This document shows, piece after piece, positions 63,801 to 64,000 of a stretch of 64,000 nucleotides of DNA (its first letter is position 1; each line of letters starts with the position of its first letter). Location: the NCBI GenBank assembly GCA_964580055.1, contig CAZOJI010000013.1, forward strand, positions 22,018 through 86,017, in the 5' to 3' direction. The notes beneath the pieces were generated by a model. The model searched no databases and was not told where the DNA came from. It saw only the letters and a list, made by a program, of their open reading frames with translations. This stretch comes from an uncultured Gemmatimonadaceae bacterium (GTDB lineage: Bacteria; Gemmatimonadota; Gemmatimonadetes; Gemmatimonadales; GWC2-71-9). Made by a program: the position numbers and the translations under genes.

Positions 63801-64000
63801 TGAATTCCTCGCGGCGGGCGGTATGCCTGGTCCGCGCCGGCAGCGACGAATGTGGCAGCGTGTCGGACAGCCGCCGACACCAACTGGCGGTGCGTCTCGA
63901 CACGGGTTTGTCTGAGATGCTTCGTGGTGGAGCGAACCTCAATTATGTAGTGAACGACCTGAGGCATACGTCTGACCGGCTGTCGCAACTCGTCTTCAGC
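57899..64000 (+). CDS. sprA: SprA-like type IX secretion system translocon / cell-surface protein; 3-prime end outside the window
   Basis: This frame (codon starts congruent to 2 mod 3) contains none of the listed + strand ORFs. I hand-translated about 57899-60140 and the last ~45 nt without meeting a stop, and I infer the rest is open to the window edge. It is unlisted because it has no stop in the window. The signal peptide is VSRLSLVVLAAVFTLPCGTLEAQ. RVDVGTVSFEAPESRFVTSGIPANSFGVKAEAQLGPLNFRSIFAQQKG resembles the conserved SprA block (..AGNVS....S.....Q.LFG.K..LQFG.L....SQQKS). Also present: DYEIDYALGQVTFL and YVEDFE. The exact start is uncertain (GTG 57899 or TTG 57851). Confidence 0.8.
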   Translation, partial: MSRLSLVVLAAVFTLPCGTLEAQDEPGPKLGLVLREPWEPAGFRTPPALEPGGWLSFRPSPAGIVARWFAEIRELAKEARSRRRVARLQASLQSAAEPETPDIPSPEAMAPRPEDLAQPPQQDAFESLSEYADIGLDLTGRLEMGLDRLRNARCTAADVFSTASGCVTGFPTPTVDQQANVSASGIIGDRVHLSVDFDTEREFSANNNITIYYEGLEDEILRRVDVGTVSFEAPESRFVTSGIPANSFGVKAEAQLGPLNFRSIFAQQKGSAVRTRTFTVGDAATQPVDFETRDVDYESGRAFFVVNPVALPGYPEVDIFDISRETLPAPLRLSDVRVYRLRAQGSQARENPNLGGIDAVALRSDSPQRIGPFSWELLVEGTDYYLDPSGTWFALDTRVGLQDFLAVSYVTTSGDTVGTFPVVNGDGDTLQLIYEPRSDQNAPTFPYEMRNWYRLGSQDIDRGSIGLAIEVRNSETPLDGRGTYLSRLGLAQTTDPSTLDEFNRVFPRERDPGGGEPIRDLFVVFPHLRPFADSTRLQQGELNDSLYRTPTFLMRTQGAASRFKLRIHYEVSGAGDRSNLSLGAIQVRTGSERLSIGERLLTRGQDYEIDYALGQVTFLKPDSLFVGPTQVTAEFEENQLFDDAPKSIFGFSSTYALGAAGNVHAIGIFQSERSVSTRPTLGFEPEAQLIGGLSTDLSFRLDGLTRFLDQIPLFSTSVPSAFQINGELAVSRPGSNQRGVAYVEDFEREPSTRVRLAERAFQLGSAPTSGRGLPTTHLGAGGGFDATDAVPLVWQNLIRGPEGLVQFGPQDIDSTIILTGTGISVETTLWLSLKPDTIGGAPDPNTGVPRWYRSHTAGPRWRSMTQPLGGGSGVGVDLSRVEFLEFWVLEDAERTARQQDTYLVFDFGRIFEDAARVGPTEFAASGADTSFAGFQSVGEGKLDTEKDTLTNVFNAQLHDVGVAGDVIDTIVNRATGELIQDLPLCDLRGYTDVTAFSRGDLLARCSRGNGVLNTEDLDGDNRLDVDVGVTREDFVRYVVPVGDDRYFVRRGGTYVDESGGTHTWRLYRVPFREDTVQVGRPNLFQIQALRLTVVAPDQPSVEREISVALARMRLVGSPWIKRAAAPITGLSGSRTELSGEVIASVITTENTDLGYESPPGILNQAERADAGFGFGTQQINEKALRLLATGLQAGERGEAFLRFMDAAEKNFLKYRELRVWARGSGPGWEEGDLEFFIKLGGDEHNFYMYRAPARSVTWEPEVVVELGKWAQLRAEVEAAWLSGAPPSGAAECGGDTNAYVACDGPYMVQVRDPGTTPPNLARVSEVAVGIYRGRETVPINQAELWVDDIRLADLVDEVGAAAALDMRLAAADIAEITFDMSRIDDQFRQLGESPRYVTDEVRNFASILRLDKLMPERWGYNMPLAIRHTGTAADPFYIEQTDVRAQALPNLRRPGSSLTTVELSLRRVRAGSSFLERLLLDPLALRAYRTSGRDMNSLSEARTQNQQLFADYSTSPRARTVKAVPQFLIDFVDRLPGFVSNSEFANSLRTARLRWNPQRFRVTTRLTDHLTERRAFRVPVELARDSLIRPSRRVNHVLRTTAELDLRPFSSLGLRAAYETTRDLHDYGDSTSVGRLLDAKKRSLLGMDVGFERTRNIRTGLDVAPAVSAWLRPRFVMLTRFEFNRDPMAKQPVRAGPDSTGALLVPEAAANSRLREWGTTVDLARLVQGLAGDSSRVTSLAKGVLPADISFERERNSNFNEIAFTPDLSYQLAWGDLDEFRSQSGALAASTAETTTLTATGGTSLPFGGQLRLNYRKGRNTVWFRRADGQQRNEQTTREWPSLTMSWVYTPSSGIKAVLSSVSAQMRYVVEHRRTLRPRFDPLDGGGGNVPSVLTEDDRTTLAPSITLVWPGGVTTSASYSTESSARLTSGNTINTDRSQWRGSLAFGFRPPVWLMRLRSQIRTNVSVNSSRRAVCLVRAGSDECGSVSDSRRHQLAVRLDTGLSEMLRGGANLNYVVNDLRHTSDRLSQLVFS

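Noticed and set aside
1-64000. Scan for CRISPR arrays, tRNA/rRNA/tmRNA genes, transposases, integrases and reverse transcriptases.
   Set aside because: I saw no regularly spaced direct repeats. No cloverleaf-like sequence appears in the non-coding gaps. No ORF carries DDE, tyrosine- or serine-recombinase, or RT motifs. Short or degenerate elements could have been missed by eye.

Overview
GC-rich bacterial chromosomal window. I recognised about 60 protein-coding genes and no rRNA, tRNA, CRISPR array, transposase or integrase. All calls come from reading the six-frame translations and the DNA by eye. Nothing was computed or searched, and start codons are approximate.

Gene content suggests a diderm, possibly Gemmatimonadota-like or FCB-related. 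The basis is SprA/T9SS, LptFG, Ccm system I, Ser/Thr kinases with TPR tails, and high GC. This is inference only.

Layout:
- 0-0.6 kb: a secreted Spy/CpxP-like protein and a tiny membrane protein.
- 0.9-7.4 kb, minus strand: an operon for an NHLP/Nif11-type double-glycine peptide exporter. Gene order is cNMP-binding protein, short HlyD-like adaptor, C39-peptidase ABC, then a second ABC without a peptidase domain. No cargo or maturase gene is visible. An XRE-like regulator is transcribed divergently.
- 8.5-24 kb: mostly housekeeping genes (infA, csp, rhomboid, cyclophilin, moaDE, trmL, mdh, hslR). This block also holds a Tat-signal alanine racemase, a KamA-type radical SAM enzyme, and a pair of secreted amidohydrolase-like genes.
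- 24-30 kb: an aromatic-amino-acid decarboxylase next to an Nramp-related transporter that lacks the DPGN metal site. Two copies of an unusual palindromic intergenic repeat and a decayed ECF-sigma remnant lie here.
- 30-35 kb: a DUF900 hydrolase operon, a GGDEF cyclase, and a Na+/solute symporter with an unlisted small partner ORF.
- 35.1-42 kb: an apparently accessory segment that looks more AT-rich by eye. It is bracketed by two Ser/Thr kinase gene fragments on opposite strands. It carries an intact kinase-TPR gene, an orphan protein, and a signal-less PG-binding/CHAP hydrolase followed by a polytopic membrane protein.
- 42-57.8 kb: a TPR protein, an M16 peptidase, a cNMP-binding protein, a CDP-alcohol transferase, and two small beta-barrel-like proteins. 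These are followed by a DsbA-VKOR operon, STAS-ccmABCD-V4R, nhaC and lptFG.
- 57.9 kb to the window end: the first ~2030 codons of an SprA-like T9SS translocon.

The best candidates for something undescribed are:
- the cargo-less, cNMP-associated NHLP exporter;
- the kinase-fragment-bracketed segment with the CHAP/membrane-protein pair;
- the decarboxylase plus non-canonical Nramp pair;
- the V4R protein coupled to the heme exporter;
- the AATGTCCAA/TTGGACATT palindromic repeat family.
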